This document shows positions 17,722 through 28,478 of a stretch of DNA of 59,908 bases, in pieces. Under the pieces are notes generated by a model that saw only the letters and a list, made by a program, of their open reading frames with translations, did no database searches and was not told the DNA's origin. Each line of letters begins with the position of its first letter. Position 1 is the stretch's first letter. This stretch comes from Candidatus Eiseniibacteriota bacterium (GTDB lineage Bacteria > Eisenbacteria > RBG-16-71-46). The position numbers and the translations under genes were made by a program. Location of the stretch: contig JBGAOA010000020.1 in NCBI GenBank assembly GCA_044222065.1, forward strand, positions 1-59,908. The letters run 5' to 3'.

Positions 17722-18291
17722 GTGACCCGGAACGCACCGCCCGGCCGTCTTCGTCGGCGGCTCGCGCTGCTGCCGCTCGCGGCGCTGATCTTCGGATGCA
17801 TCGGAGCAGCGCCCGCCGCCGACCCCGCCGCGCGCGGGCTCGAGCGCCTGCTCGCGGCGCCGGGCTCGCGCTTCCGCGACGACGCGGCCGCGCTCAAGCC
17901 CGACTACTTCCTCGACTTCGACCGCCGTCTGCCGCTCGACACGGTCGTCCACGTGCTCGAACACGGCGCGCGCTGCCGCCGGGTGCTCGTGGGTGACAGC
18001 CTGTGGGCGGTGGACTACACGTGGGTCTATCCGCATCGCGGCCTGCCCGGACGCTGGTACGACGTGGACGACCTGATTCGCGTCGGCGATTCGCTCGGGC
18101 TCGGCGACGACGCCGACGTCGTCGTCACGTTCGGCACGCTGCGCACCGGAGTACGCGCGGGCTCGCTCGAACGCGCGCGGCTCGCGGCGGGACGCGCCCG
18201 CCCCCGCACGCTGCCCGAGCCGTTCCTCGGCCGGCTGAAGCTCAAGCTCGAGCGCGCGCGGAAGTCGCTGAGCGGCGAGACCGCGAACTGA
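17722..18291 (+). CDS. hypothetical secreted protein
   Basis: GGAGGA RBS before GTG, Arg-rich n-region plus hydrophobic h-region, genome-like codon usage. Confidence 0.65.
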   Translation: MTRNAPPGRLRRRLALLPLAALIFGCIGAAPAADPAARGLERLLAAPGSRFRDDAAALKPDYFLDFDRRLPLDTVVHVLEHGARCRRVLVGDSLWAVDYTWVYPHRGLPGRWYDVDDLIRVGDSLGLGDDADVVVTFGTLRTGVRAGSLERARLAAGRARPRTLPEPFLGRLKLKLERARKSLSGETAN

Positions 18292-18306
18292 AGCGGCGGT
18301 GCGCCG

Positions 18307-19148
<842 letters not shown>

Positions 19149-19152
<4 letters not shown>

Positions 19153-20321
19153 GAGATGCCGTCCAGGCGACGCACGGCCTCGCGGCATTCTTCGGGGGTC
19201 GGCACGAGCGCGAAGCGCACGAAGCCCTCGCCGCCCGGCCCCATGAACGATCCGGGCATCGCGACGATGCCGACGCCGAGCAGTCGCTCGACGAACTTCA
19301 CGTCGTCGCCGCCGGGCGCGGCGATCCACAGGTAGAAGCTCGCGGTGCTCGCCTCGACCTTCCAGCCGCGCGCGGCGAAGTACTCGAGGAACAGCCGGCG
19401 CTTCTCGGCGTAGCGGGCGCGCTGCGCGTCCGGATGCGCGTCGTCGTTCCACGCCGCGATCGCCGCCGCCTGCACGAAGTCGGGCGTCGCGACGCCGACG
19501 TTCGGGCGGAAGGCCCGCAGCGCGTCGATCAGCCGCTCGTCGCCGCACAGGAAGCCGCTGCGGTATCCGGTCATCGCGCTGCGCTTCGAGAGGGTGTGCA
19601 GCGCGAGCACGTTCTCGAAGCCCGCCTCGAGCATGCTGTGGGGCCGCTCGTCGAAATACACCTCGGCGTATGCCTCGTCGGCCGCAACCCAGAATCCGAA
19701 GCGGCGCGCGAGTTCGGCGATGCGCGCGAGTTCGTCGAGCGACAGCGTGGCGCCGGTCGGGTTGTGGGGCGAGTTGAGCCACAGGAGCGCCGTCTTCGCC
19801 CACACGGCATCGGGCACGCGCGCGGGATCGAAGCGCCAGCCGTCCTCGCTGCGGAGCGGCACGCCGTGGAACTCGCCGCCGGCGAACAGCACGCCGGACT
19901 CGTACACGGGGTACGCGGGCGTCGGCACGACGACGGTGCGCTTCGCGTTCGCGCCGCGTCCGAGCACGGCGAGGTGCAGCAGGAACACGGCCTCCTTCGT
20001 GCCGTTCGCGGGCAGCACGTGGCGCTCGGGGTCGGCCGTCACGCCGAAGCGACGGCCGAGCCAGCGCGCGCACGCCGCGCGCAGCTCCGGCTGGCCCGAC
20101 GCGGCGGGGTAGCTCGACATCGCCGGCACCGCGTCCTTCAGCGTCTGCCGGATGAACTCGGGCGTCGTCTCGCGCGGATCGCCGATCGAGAATCCGATCG
20201 GGCGCACCCCCGCCGGGCACAGCCGCGCCTTCATCTTGTCGAGCGTCACGAACGGATACTCGCGTCCGCCCGTGAGCAGCTCGTGCAGCGGGCCGGCCGT
20301 GCCGGCGCGCGTCGCGCTCAT
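19149..20321 (-). CDS. dapC: N-succinyldiaminopimelate aminotransferase (class I/II PLP)
   Basis: YPF..L, NGTKEA, PTPAYPVY, NSPHNPTG, DEAY.E, TLSKRSAMTGYRSGF. Lies between dapE and dapD. Confidence 0.88.
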
Positions 20322-21415
20322 GCGTTCTCCTTCGGCGCGCGGGACGCCGTCCCGGCGCCGTCCGTCAGGAACGCCGCGAGCCAGTCGAACGCGACGCCCA
20401 GGTTCGGAATCGGACAGTACTCGTTCATCTGGTGGCAGAGCTCGGGAATCCCGGGCCCGAAGTTGAACGCCGGCACGCCGGCCGACGTGAAGCGCGCGAC
20501 GTCCGTCCAGCCCTGCTTGCCGGCGATGCGCGCGCCGAAGCGCTCGACGAACTCGCGCACGATCGGCCGGTCGAGCGACACCGCGCCGGGCTCGGCCGCG
20601 TCCACGACGGCGAACTCGAAGGCCTCCGGCACGCGCGCGCGCAGGTCGCGCGTCGCCTGCTCGACGTTCCGGTCCGGCGGGAAGCGGTAGTTGAGGTTCG
20701 CGACGAGTTCGTCGGGCACGACGTTGCGCGCGCGCCCCGCCTTGAGCGTCGTGAGCGCGAGCGTCTCGCGGTATTCGATCCCGTGGATCGACACGGGCAC
20801 CGCCGGGACGCGCGTCACCTCGGCGAGCCACGCCGCCGCCTTCTCGACCGCATTGACGCCGGTCCACGGACGTGCGCTGTGCGCCGCCATGCCGCGCACC
20901 GTCACCTCGGCGTTCAGGATGCCGTTGCAGCCGAGTTCGACCGCGCAGTCGGTCGGCTCGAGCAGGATCGCGAGCGCCGCCCCGGTGAGCCACGGCATCT
21001 CGCCGAGGACGCGGCGCAGTCCGTTCTTCGACGCGGGCCCCTCCTCGGCGTCGTAGAACACCGCGGCGAGATCGAAACGCAGCGCGTCGGGATCGAGCGT
21101 CTCGAGCAGCGCGAGCATCACGGCGTCGCCGCCCTTCATGTCGGTCGAGCCGAGCCCGTACAGGCGGTCGCCTTCGACGCGCGCGCGCTCGTTCGCGTTC
21201 GGCGGCACGGTGTCGAGGTGGCCGGCGAGCACGACGAGCGGGCGGTCCCGCTGCGGCCCGCGCCACACGAGACCGTGGCCCGAACGCAGCAGCTCTCCGG
21301 TGCCGCGGCGGCGGAGGCGCTCGAGCACGAAACCCGCGATCTCGCGCTCGTTGCCCGTGACGCTCGGAATGTTCACGAGGTCGGACAGCAGGTCGGCGAT
21401 CTCGTAGGCGGTCAT
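20318..21415 (-). CDS. dapE: succinyl-diaminopimelate desuccinylase (M20)
   Basis: LAGHLDTVP, GLGSTDMKGG, YDAEEG, LEPT, AHSARPW.G.NA, GWTDVARF. Confidence 0.9.
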   Translation of the reverse strand: MTAYEIADLLSDLVNIPSVTGNEREIAGFVLERLRRRGTGELLRSGHGLVWRGPQRDRPLVVLAGHLDTVPPNANERARVEGDRLYGLGSTDMKGGDAVMLALLETLDPDALRFDLAAVFYDAEEGPASKNGLRRVLGEMPWLTGAALAILLEPTDCAVELGCNGILNAEVTVRGMAAHSARPWTGVNAVEKAAAWLAEVTRVPAVPVSIHGIEYRETLALTTLKAGRARNVVPDELVANLNYRFPPDRNVEQATRDLRARVPEAFEFAVVDAAEPGAVSLDRPIVREFVERFGARIAGKQGWTDVARFTSAGVPAFNFGPGIPELCHQMNEYCPIPNLGVAFDWLAAFLTDGAGTASRAPKENA

Positions 21416-21528
21416 CGGGCTCCTCCCTGAGCGCAGTCGGCCGCGAGAGGTTCACCCGCTGCCGCAAGGGACGGGCCGAATCTAGCATCGGGCTTCCGCT
21501 TGCGCCATCGCGCGACTATCTTGCCGGC

Positions 21529-22389
21529 GTGAACGCGAACCCATCCGCCGCGGCCTCGACCGTCCTGCGGCTCGAGGGACGAGACGTCCTCGACCTGCTG
21601 CACCGCATCTCGACCGCGGACCTGCGCGCGCTCGAGCGTGGCGCCGCGCGCGCGACGCTCTTCTGCGACTTCCGGGGCCGCATCCAGCATCGCGCGACGG
21701 TCGTGCACGCGCCGGACGGCGCCGTGTGGCTGCTCCGGCCCGATGCGCCCGGCGACGCGCTCGCGGCGTTCCTCGATCGCAGCGTCTTCCGCGAGGACGT
21801 GCGCATCGCGAACGCCGGCGACGCGTGGCGCGTCGAGGCGCACTACGATCGCGACACCGCCGGGCAGCCGGTCGTCGAATGGCGCGACGCGGTGCCCGGC
21901 TCGGTCGAGCTGCCGCTCGGTGAGCGGCTCCTCGTGCGCCCGGCGGATGCCGGCGCGAGCGAAGAGGCGGACGCGCGGGAGTTCGGCCGCATCGCGCGCC
22001 TCCTGCCTCGCGACGGCCACGAGCTGCGCGACGCGTTCACGCCGTACGACGTCGGCCTCGCGCGCGAAGTCCACCTGAGCAAGGGCTGCTACACGGGACA
22101 GGAGACGCTCCTGCGACTCGTCACGTACGAGAGCGCCCGGCGCGCGCTCGCCCGCGTCACGCTCCCGGGCGGGCCGGCGGCGCCGCTCGCTGCCGTGCTC
22201 GCGGGCGGCGAACGCGCGGGCGAGATCACGAGCGTCGCGCGCCGGTCCCGGGACGGTGAATTTTCGGCGCTCGCGGTGATGCGGCGGGACGCGGCAACTC
22301 CCGGGGCCGCGCTCGCGCTCGAAAACGGCGCGCCGGTCCGGGTCGATGCCGTGCGCGAGCCCGAACGTCCGCCCGGCCTGCCCGCCTGA
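21529..22389 (+). CDS. YgfZ/GcvT-like folate-binding protein
   Basis: KGCYTGQE signature, LEGRD..DLL.RIST.D. Confidence 0.88.
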   Translation: MNANPSAAASTVLRLEGRDVLDLLHRISTADLRALERGAARATLFCDFRGRIQHRATVVHAPDGAVWLLRPDAPGDALAAFLDRSVFREDVRIANAGDAWRVEAHYDRDTAGQPVVEWRDAVPGSVELPLGERLLVRPADAGASEEADAREFGRIARLLPRDGHELRDAFTPYDVGLAREVHLSKGCYTGQETLLRLVTYESARRALARVTLPGGPAAPLAAVLAGGERAGEITSVARRSRDGEFSALAVMRRDAATPGAALALENGAPVRVDAVREPERPPGLPA

Positions 22390-22483
22390 ACGCTTGACGC
22401 TCGCGAAGACGCGCTGATTGAATCGCGCGACGCCGACCGTCATCGTCTTCGCCGCGTCTCGCCTCGCGGCCCTCCGAGGTTCC

Positions 22484-23692
22484 ATGCCCGCACGCTCCGG
22501 AACGCCCTCCCGCCGCGCCCTGCTCGCGGCCTGCGCCGCACTCGCCGCCCTGCTCCCCGCGCTCGCCGGATGCGAGTCCAAGGCTCCGCGCCGCACACCG
22601 CGCGTGGCGGTGACGGTCGCGTCTTCGGAGACGCGCAGCGTCCCGTACGAGATCGACGCGACGGGCACCGTCGAAGCGAGCGAGGAAGCGGCCGTCACGG
22701 CGCAGGTCGGCGGCATCATCACGCGGCTCGGCTTCCGCGAGGGCGACGAGGTGCGCGCGGGGCAGCTGCTCGTGCAGATCGACCCGCGCCCGTTCCAGGC
22801 CGCGGTGGACCGCGCGGCGGCGACCCTCGCTCGCGACCGCGCGCTCGCCGGGGCGGCCCGGCTCGAGTTCGAACGTGCGACTTCGCTCGCGGCGCAGCAG
22901 CTCATCTCGCCGGGCGAACTCGACGCGAAGCGATCCGCGTGGGAGTCGCTCGACGCGACCGCGCGCGCGGACTCGGCCGCCCTCGCGAGCGCGCGGCTCG
23001 ACCTCGCCTACTCCGCCGTGCGCGCGCCGATCGGCGGCCGCACCGGCAGTCTGAGCGCGCGCATCGGGAACGTCGTGAAGGAGAACGATCCCGCGAAGCC
23101 GCTCGTCACGGTCGTGCAGATGCGCCCCGCCCGCGTGCGCTTCACGCTCACGCAGGCCGACCTGCCCGCACTCCAGAAGGTGCGCGGCCGCGCGCTCGTG
23201 GTCGAGGCGGCGCCCGCCGACCGCGAGTCCACGTGGGTGCAGGGGCGGCTCGTGTTCGTGGACAACGCCGTGGATCCGGCGTCCGGCACGCTGCTGCTCA
23301 AGGGCGAGTTCGCGAACCGCGACGGCGCGCTGTGGCCCGGTGCGTTCGTGCGCGTGCGGCTGCGGCTGTTCGAGGAGCAGGGCGCGATCGTCGTGCCGGC
23401 GAGCGCGGTCTCGAACTCGCAGTCGGGCACGTACGTGTTCGTGGTGAAGCCCGACACGACGGTCGAGGCGCGCCCCGTGAAGGTCGCGCGCTCGTGGAAC
23501 GAGTGGAGCGTCATCGCGAGCGGACTCGCGGCGAACGAGACCGTCGTCACGGACGGGCAGATGCGGCTCTCGGACGGCGCGAAGGCCGCGATCCGCACGC
23601 CCGGCGCTCACGGCGACGGCGGCGGCCGCGGCGAGGGCGGCGCGGGCGCGGCGCGCGGCGCTCGCGCGGGCGCGGCCGGTTCGGGCCGATGA
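22484..23692 (+). CDS. RND efflux periplasmic adaptor (MdtA-like) lipoprotein
   Basis: Lipobox LAGC, GDEVRAGQLLVQIDPRPF, VRAPIGGRTG, FVDNAVDP.SGT, LWPG.FV. Confidence 0.92.
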   Translation: MPARSGTPSRRALLAACAALAALLPALAGCESKAPRRTPRVAVTVASSETRSVPYEIDATGTVEASEEAAVTAQVGGIITRLGFREGDEVRAGQLLVQIDPRPFQAAVDRAAATLARDRALAGAARLEFERATSLAAQQLISPGELDAKRSAWESLDATARADSAALASARLDLAYSAVRAPIGGRTGSLSARIGNVVKENDPAKPLVTVVQMRPARVRFTLTQADLPALQKVRGRALVVEAAPADRESTWVQGRLVFVDNAVDPASGTLLLKGEFANRDGALWPGAFVRVRLRLFEEQGAIVVPASAVSNSQSGTYVFVVKPDTTVEARPVKVARSWNEWSVIASGLAANETVVTDGQMRLSDGAKAAIRTPGAHGDGGGRGEGGAGAARGARAGAAGSGR

Positions 23693-26600
23693 ACCTCTCC
23701 TCGCCGTTCATCCGGCGCCCCATCGCGACCTCGCTCGTCATGATGGGCATCCTGCTGTTCGGCATCGTCGGCTACCGGCAGCTGCCGGTGAGCGACCTCC
23801 CGAACGTGGACTATCCCGTGATCACGGTGCGCGCGAGCCTGCCGGGCGCGAGCCCCGAGACGATGGCGTCCGCGGTCGCGACCCCGCTCGAGAAGCAGTT
23901 CGCGACGATCGCGGGGCTCGACGCCATGACGTCGTCGAGCGGCCTCGGGAACACGAGCGTCACGCTGCAGTTCGCGCTCGACCGCCAGATCGACGCCGCC
24001 GCGCAGGACGTGCAGGCCGCGATCGCCCAGGTCCAGCGCCAGCTGCCGCAGGGCATCCTGCCGCCGTCCTACCAGAAGTCGAACCCGGCCGACTCCCCGA
24101 TCCTCTTCCTCGCGCTCACGTCCGACCTGCTGCCCCTCTCGACGCTCGACGAGTACGCGCAGACGTTCCTCGCGCAGCGCATCTCGACCGTGACGGGCGT
24201 CGCCTCGGTGCAGGTGTTCGGCTCGCAGAAGTACGCGGTGCGCGTGCAGCTCGATCCGCAGGCGCTGGCCTCGCGCGGCATCGGCATCGACCAGGTCACC
24301 GAGGCGATCTCTTCGGCGAACGTGAACCTGCCGACCGGCGTGCTGTGGGGCGCCGAGAAGTCGCAGACGATCCGCGCGAACGGACAGCTCCAGAACGCGG
24401 CCGAGTTCCGCTCGCTCGTGATCGTGAACCGCAACGGCGCACCGGTGCGGCTCGGCGACGTCGCGAGCGTTCTCGACGACGTGCAGGACAACAAGGCCGC
24501 GAGCTGGTTCAACGGCCGCCGCTCGATCGTGCTCGCGATCCAGCGTCAGCCCGGCACGAACACGGTCGCGGTCGCCGACGGCGTGCACGCGCTCGTCGAG
24601 CGGTTGCGCCCGCAGATGCCCGCCTCCGTGCACCTCGAGACGCTGAACGACCGCTCGGTGTCGATCCGCCACTCGGTCGTGGACGTGCAGACGACGCTGC
24701 TCATCGCGCTGCTGCTGGTCGTGCTCGTGATCTTCCTGTTCCTGCGCAACGCGTCCGCCACCGTGATCGCGAGCCTCGCGCTGCCGTTCTCGATCGTCGG
24801 CACCTTCGCGATCATGAAGCCGCTCGGCCACAGCCTCGACAACCTTTCGCTGCTCGCGCTGACGCTGTGCGTCGGCTTCGTCGTGGACGACGCGATCGTG
24901 ATGCTCGAGAACATCGTCCGGCACCTCGAGATGGGCAAGAAGCCGCTGCAGGCCGCCTTCGACGGCTCGAGTGAGATCGGCTTCACGATCCTGTCCATGA
25001 CGCTGTCGCTCGTCGCCGTGTTCATCCCGGTGCTGTTCATGGGCGGCCTGCTCGGCCGGCTGTTCAACGAGTTCGCGATCGTGATCAGCGTCGCGATCCT
25101 GATCTCGGGTTTCATCTCGATCACGCTCACGCCGATGCTGTGCAGCCGCTTCCTGCGACACGACGAGCCCGAGAAGCACGGCCGCGTCTTCAACGCGTTC
25201 GAACGCGGCTTCCGCGCGTCGCTCGACTTCTACACGCGCACGCTCGCGTGGGTGATGGACCGCCGCCGCCTCGCGCTCGCGTTCTCGTTCGCGATCCTCG
25301 TCGGCACCGTGGTGCTGTTCCGCATCGTGCCGAAGGGGTTCATCCCGAGCGACGACATCGATTCGCTCACGGGCACGACCGAGACGGCCGAAGGCACGTC
25401 GTTCGAGGCGATGGTCCGGCGCCAGCGCCAGATCGCCGAGATCGTCGCGAAGGACCCGAACGTCGAGGGCCTCATGTCGGCCGTGGGCAGCGGGCCGGGC
25501 GGCCCGAGCAACCAGGGCCGGCTCGTGATCCGCCTCAAGCCGCGCCACGAGCGCAAGCTCGACGCCGACGCCGTCGCGCGCGCGCTCCAGCCGAAGCTCG
25601 CCTCGGTGCCGGGCATCCGCGTGTTCGTGCAGAACCCGCCGCCGGTGCGCATCGGCGCGCGGTTCGCGAAGAGCCAGTACCAGTACACGCTCCAGAGTCC
25701 CGACATCGTGTCGCTGTACGACAACGCCGCGAAGCTCGAGGCCCGCCTGCGCGAGCTGCCCGGGCTCGACAACGTCACGAGCGACCTGCAGATCAAGAAC
25801 CCCGAGCTGCGCGTGCGGCTCGACCGCGACCGCGCGGCGGCGCTCGGCGTGACGCCCGAGCAGATCGAAAGCGCGCTGTACAGCGCCTACGGCTCGCGGC
25901 AGGTCTCGACGATGTTCACGCCGAACAACCAGTACTGGGTGATCCTCGAGCTGCTGCCGCAGTACCAGCGCGACCCCGCCGCGATGCGCCTGCTGTCCGT
26001 GCGCGCGAACGGCGGCGAGCTCGTGCCGCTCGGCGCCGTCGCCTCGTTCGAGGCCGGCCTCGGGCCGCTCACCGTGACGCACTCGGGTCAGCTCCCCGCC
26101 GTCACGCTGTCGTTCGACACGAAGCCGGGCGTCGGCCTGTCGGAGGCCGTGACCCAGATCCAGAACGCCGCGCGCCAGTCGCTCACGAGCGACGTCACGA
26201 CGAACTTCGCCGGCACCGCGCAGGCGTTCCAGTCGTCGCAGCAGGGACTGAACGTGCTGCTGCTCGTCGCCGTGCTCGTCATCTACCTCGTGCTCGGCGT
26301 GCTGTACGAGAGCTACATCCACCCGCTCACGATTCTCTCGGGCCTGCCGTTCGCGGGGTTCGGCGCGCTGCTCACGCTGTGGCTGTTCCGCACCGAACTC
26401 AGCGTGTACGCCTTCGTCGGGGTCATCCTGCTCGTCGGGCTCGTGAAGAAGAACGCGATCATGATGATCGACTTCGCGCTCGACGCCGAACGCGACCAGG
26501 GACTCTCACCGCGCGATGCGATCCTGGAAGCGTGCCGCATCCGCTACCGCCCGATCATGATGACGACGATGGCGGCGCTCATGGGCACGCTGCCCATCGC

Positions 26601-26823
26601 GCTCGGCTGGGGCGCCGGCGCGAACTCGCGCCGGCCGCTCGGACTCGCGGTCGTCGGCGGGCTGCTGTTCTCGCAGATCATCACGCTGTACGTGACGCCG
26701 GTGTTCTACACGTACCTCGACGAGTTGCAGCGGCGGTTCGGGCGCAAGAAGGCCGCGAAGGGCGCGGACACCGCGGCCGGCGCCGGAGTCGCCTCGGAGC
26801 CGCACGCGGCGTCTCCCGCCTGA
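23689..26823 (+). CDS. RND efflux permease (MdtB/MdtC-like)
   Basis: FIRRPIAT, GASPETMAS.VATPLE, GFVVDDAIVMLENI, VKKNAIMMIDFA, RPIMMTT. Confidence 0.96.
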   Translation: MNLSSPFIRRPIATSLVMMGILLFGIVGYRQLPVSDLPNVDYPVITVRASLPGASPETMASAVATPLEKQFATIAGLDAMTSSSGLGNTSVTLQFALDRQIDAAAQDVQAAIAQVQRQLPQGILPPSYQKSNPADSPILFLALTSDLLPLSTLDEYAQTFLAQRISTVTGVASVQVFGSQKYAVRVQLDPQALASRGIGIDQVTEAISSANVNLPTGVLWGAEKSQTIRANGQLQNAAEFRSLVIVNRNGAPVRLGDVASVLDDVQDNKAASWFNGRRSIVLAIQRQPGTNTVAVADGVHALVERLRPQMPASVHLETLNDRSVSIRHSVVDVQTTLLIALLLVVLVIFLFLRNASATVIASLALPFSIVGTFAIMKPLGHSLDNLSLLALTLCVGFVVDDAIVMLENIVRHLEMGKKPLQAAFDGSSEIGFTILSMTLSLVAVFIPVLFMGGLLGRLFNEFAIVISVAILISGFISITLTPMLCSRFLRHDEPEKHGRVFNAFERGFRASLDFYTRTLAWVMDRRRLALAFSFAILVGTVVLFRIVPKGFIPSDDIDSLTGTTETAEGTSFEAMVRRQRQIAEIVAKDPNVEGLMSAVGSGPGGPSNQGRLVIRLKPRHERKLDADAVARALQPKLASVPGIRVFVQNPPPVRIGARFAKSQYQYTLQSPDIVSLYDNAAKLEARLRELPGLDNVTSDLQIKNPELRVRLDRDRAAALGVTPEQIESALYSAYGSRQVSTMFTPNNQYWVILELLPQYQRDPAAMRLLSVRANGGELVPLGAVASFEAGLGPLTVTHSGQLPAVTLSFDTKPGVGLSEAVTQIQNAARQSLTSDVTTNFAGTAQAFQSSQQGLNVLLLVAVLVIYLVLGVLYESYIHPLTILSGLPFAGFGALLTLWLFRTELSVYAFVGVILLVGLVKKNAIMMIDFALDAERDQGLSPRDAILEACRIRYRPIMMTTMAALMGTLPIALGWGAGANSRRPLGLAVVGGLLFSQIITLYVTPVFYTYLDELQRRFGRKKAAKGADTAAGAGVASEPHAASPA

Positions 26824-26868
26824 CGTCCCGCGTGCGGGGCGCGGCGGACCGCGCGACGGCGCCCCGGG

Positions 26869-28461
26869 CTAGTTCGCTTCCGGACCCTCGTCGTCGTCCT
26901 CGACGACCATCGCGTCGGTCGTGAGCACGAGCGCCGCGATGCTCGCCGCGCTCTGAAGCGCGACGCGCACGACCTTCGCGGGATCGAGGATGCCGGCCTC
27001 GAGCAGGTCCTCGTAGACGCCCGTCAGCGCGTTCCAGCCGGTCGCGCCGCGCTCCTCGAGGATGCGCGCGACGACGATCTCGCCCTCGGCGCCGGCGTTG
27101 CGCGCGATCTGACGCGCGGGTTCGGCGAGCGCCTCGCGCACGATCTCGACGCCGCGGTCGGCGTCGCCGCCGAGCTGGAGCCGGTCGAGGCACGCGCGCG
27201 CGCGCAGCAGCGCGACGCCGCCGCCCGGCACGACGCCCTCCTCGACCGCCGCGCGCGTCGCCGCGAGCGAGTCCTCGATGCGCGCCTTGCGGTCCTTCAT
27301 CTCGGGCTCGGTCGCGCCGCCGACGCGCAGCACGCCGACGCCGCCCGTGAGGCGGCCGAGGCGCTCGCGCAACTGCTGGCGCTCGACCTCGGATTCGGCG
27401 TCGCCGATCGCGCGCTCGAGCCCGCCGACGCGGATCTGCACCGCCGCGGGCTGCCCGCCGCCGCCGATCAGCGTCGTGTGCTCGCGCTCGACGAGCACGC
27501 GCTTCGCGTTCCCGAGGTGCTCCGCCTCGACGTTTGCGGGACCGAGTCCGAGGTCGGCCGCGATCACGCTCGCGCCCGTGAGCAGCGCGAGGTCGTCGAG
27601 CAGTTCGCGCCGGCGCTCGCCGACGCCGGGCGCCTTGATCGCGACCGACGACAGGCTGCCGCGCAGCCGGTTCACGACCAGCATCGCGAGCGCGTCGCCC
27701 TCGACGTCCTCGGCGACCACGAACAGCGGACGGCCGGCTGCGGCCGCGTGTTCGAGCGCGGGCAGCAGGTCGCGCGCGCCCGTGAGCCGCGCGTCCACGA
27801 GCAGCACGAGCGGTCCCTCGAGCGCGCACTCCATCGCCTCGGGGTCGGTGATGAAGTACGGCGACAGGTAACCGCCCTCGATGCGCACGCCCTCGAGCAC
27901 CTCGAGCGTGGTCGAGAGCCCGCGGCCCTCTTCGACGGTCACGACGCCGGAGCGGCCGACGCGGTCGAGCGCCTCGGCGATCCAGCCGCCGAGCTCGGAG
28001 TCGCCGCGCGCGCTCACGGTCGCGATGCGTTCGAGGTCGGCGCGTCCGCGCACCGGGCGCGAGAGTTCGGCGACGAACCCCACGACCTCGGCGACCGCGC
28101 GCTCGATGCCGCGGCGGATCGCTGTCGGCGCGTGCCCCGCGGCGACCGCCCGCAGGCCGTGCTCGACGAGCGACTGCGCGAGCACGGTCGCCGTCGTCGT
28201 GCCGTCGCCCGCGGCCGCGCCCGTGCGCTGCGCCGCCTCCTTCAGCAGCTGCACGCCCATGTTTTCGAACCGGTCCGCGAGTTCGATCTCGTTCGCGACC
28301 GTGAAGCCGTCGTTCGTGATCGTCGGCATGCCGGCGCCGCGGTCCACGACGACGTTCCGGCCGCGCGGGCCGAGCGTCACGCGCACCGCGCTCGCGAGCT
28401 GGTTCACGCCGCGGCGCAGCGCGTTCCGCGCCTCGTCGTCGAACTGGACGTGTTTGGGCAT
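26869..28461 (-). CDS. groEL: chaperonin GroEL paralog (divergent)
   Basis: TLGPRGRNVV, AGDGTTTATVLA, GYLSPYFI, AEDVEGDAL, AAVEEGVVPGGG, GILDPAKV. Confidence 0.93.
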   Translation of the reverse strand: MPKHVQFDDEARNALRRGVNQLASAVRVTLGPRGRNVVVDRGAGMPTITNDGFTVANEIELADRFENMGVQLLKEAAQRTGAAAGDGTTTATVLAQSLVEHGLRAVAAGHAPTAIRRGIERAVAEVVGFVAELSRPVRGRADLERIATVSARGDSELGGWIAEALDRVGRSGVVTVEEGRGLSTTLEVLEGVRIEGGYLSPYFITDPEAMECALEGPLVLLVDARLTGARDLLPALEHAAAAGRPLFVVAEDVEGDALAMLVVNRLRGSLSSVAIKAPGVGERRRELLDDLALLTGASVIAADLGLGPANVEAEHLGNAKRVLVEREHTTLIGGGGQPAAVQIRVGGLERAIGDAESEVERQQLRERLGRLTGGVGVLRVGGATEPEMKDRKARIEDSLAATRAAVEEGVVPGGGVALLRARACLDRLQLGGDADRGVEIVREALAEPARQIARNAGAEGEIVVARILEERGATGWNALTGVYEDLLEAGILDPAKVVRVALQSAASIAALVLTTDAMVVEDDDEGPEAN

Positions 28462-28478
28462 CGTTCAGCGGCCCGCGC

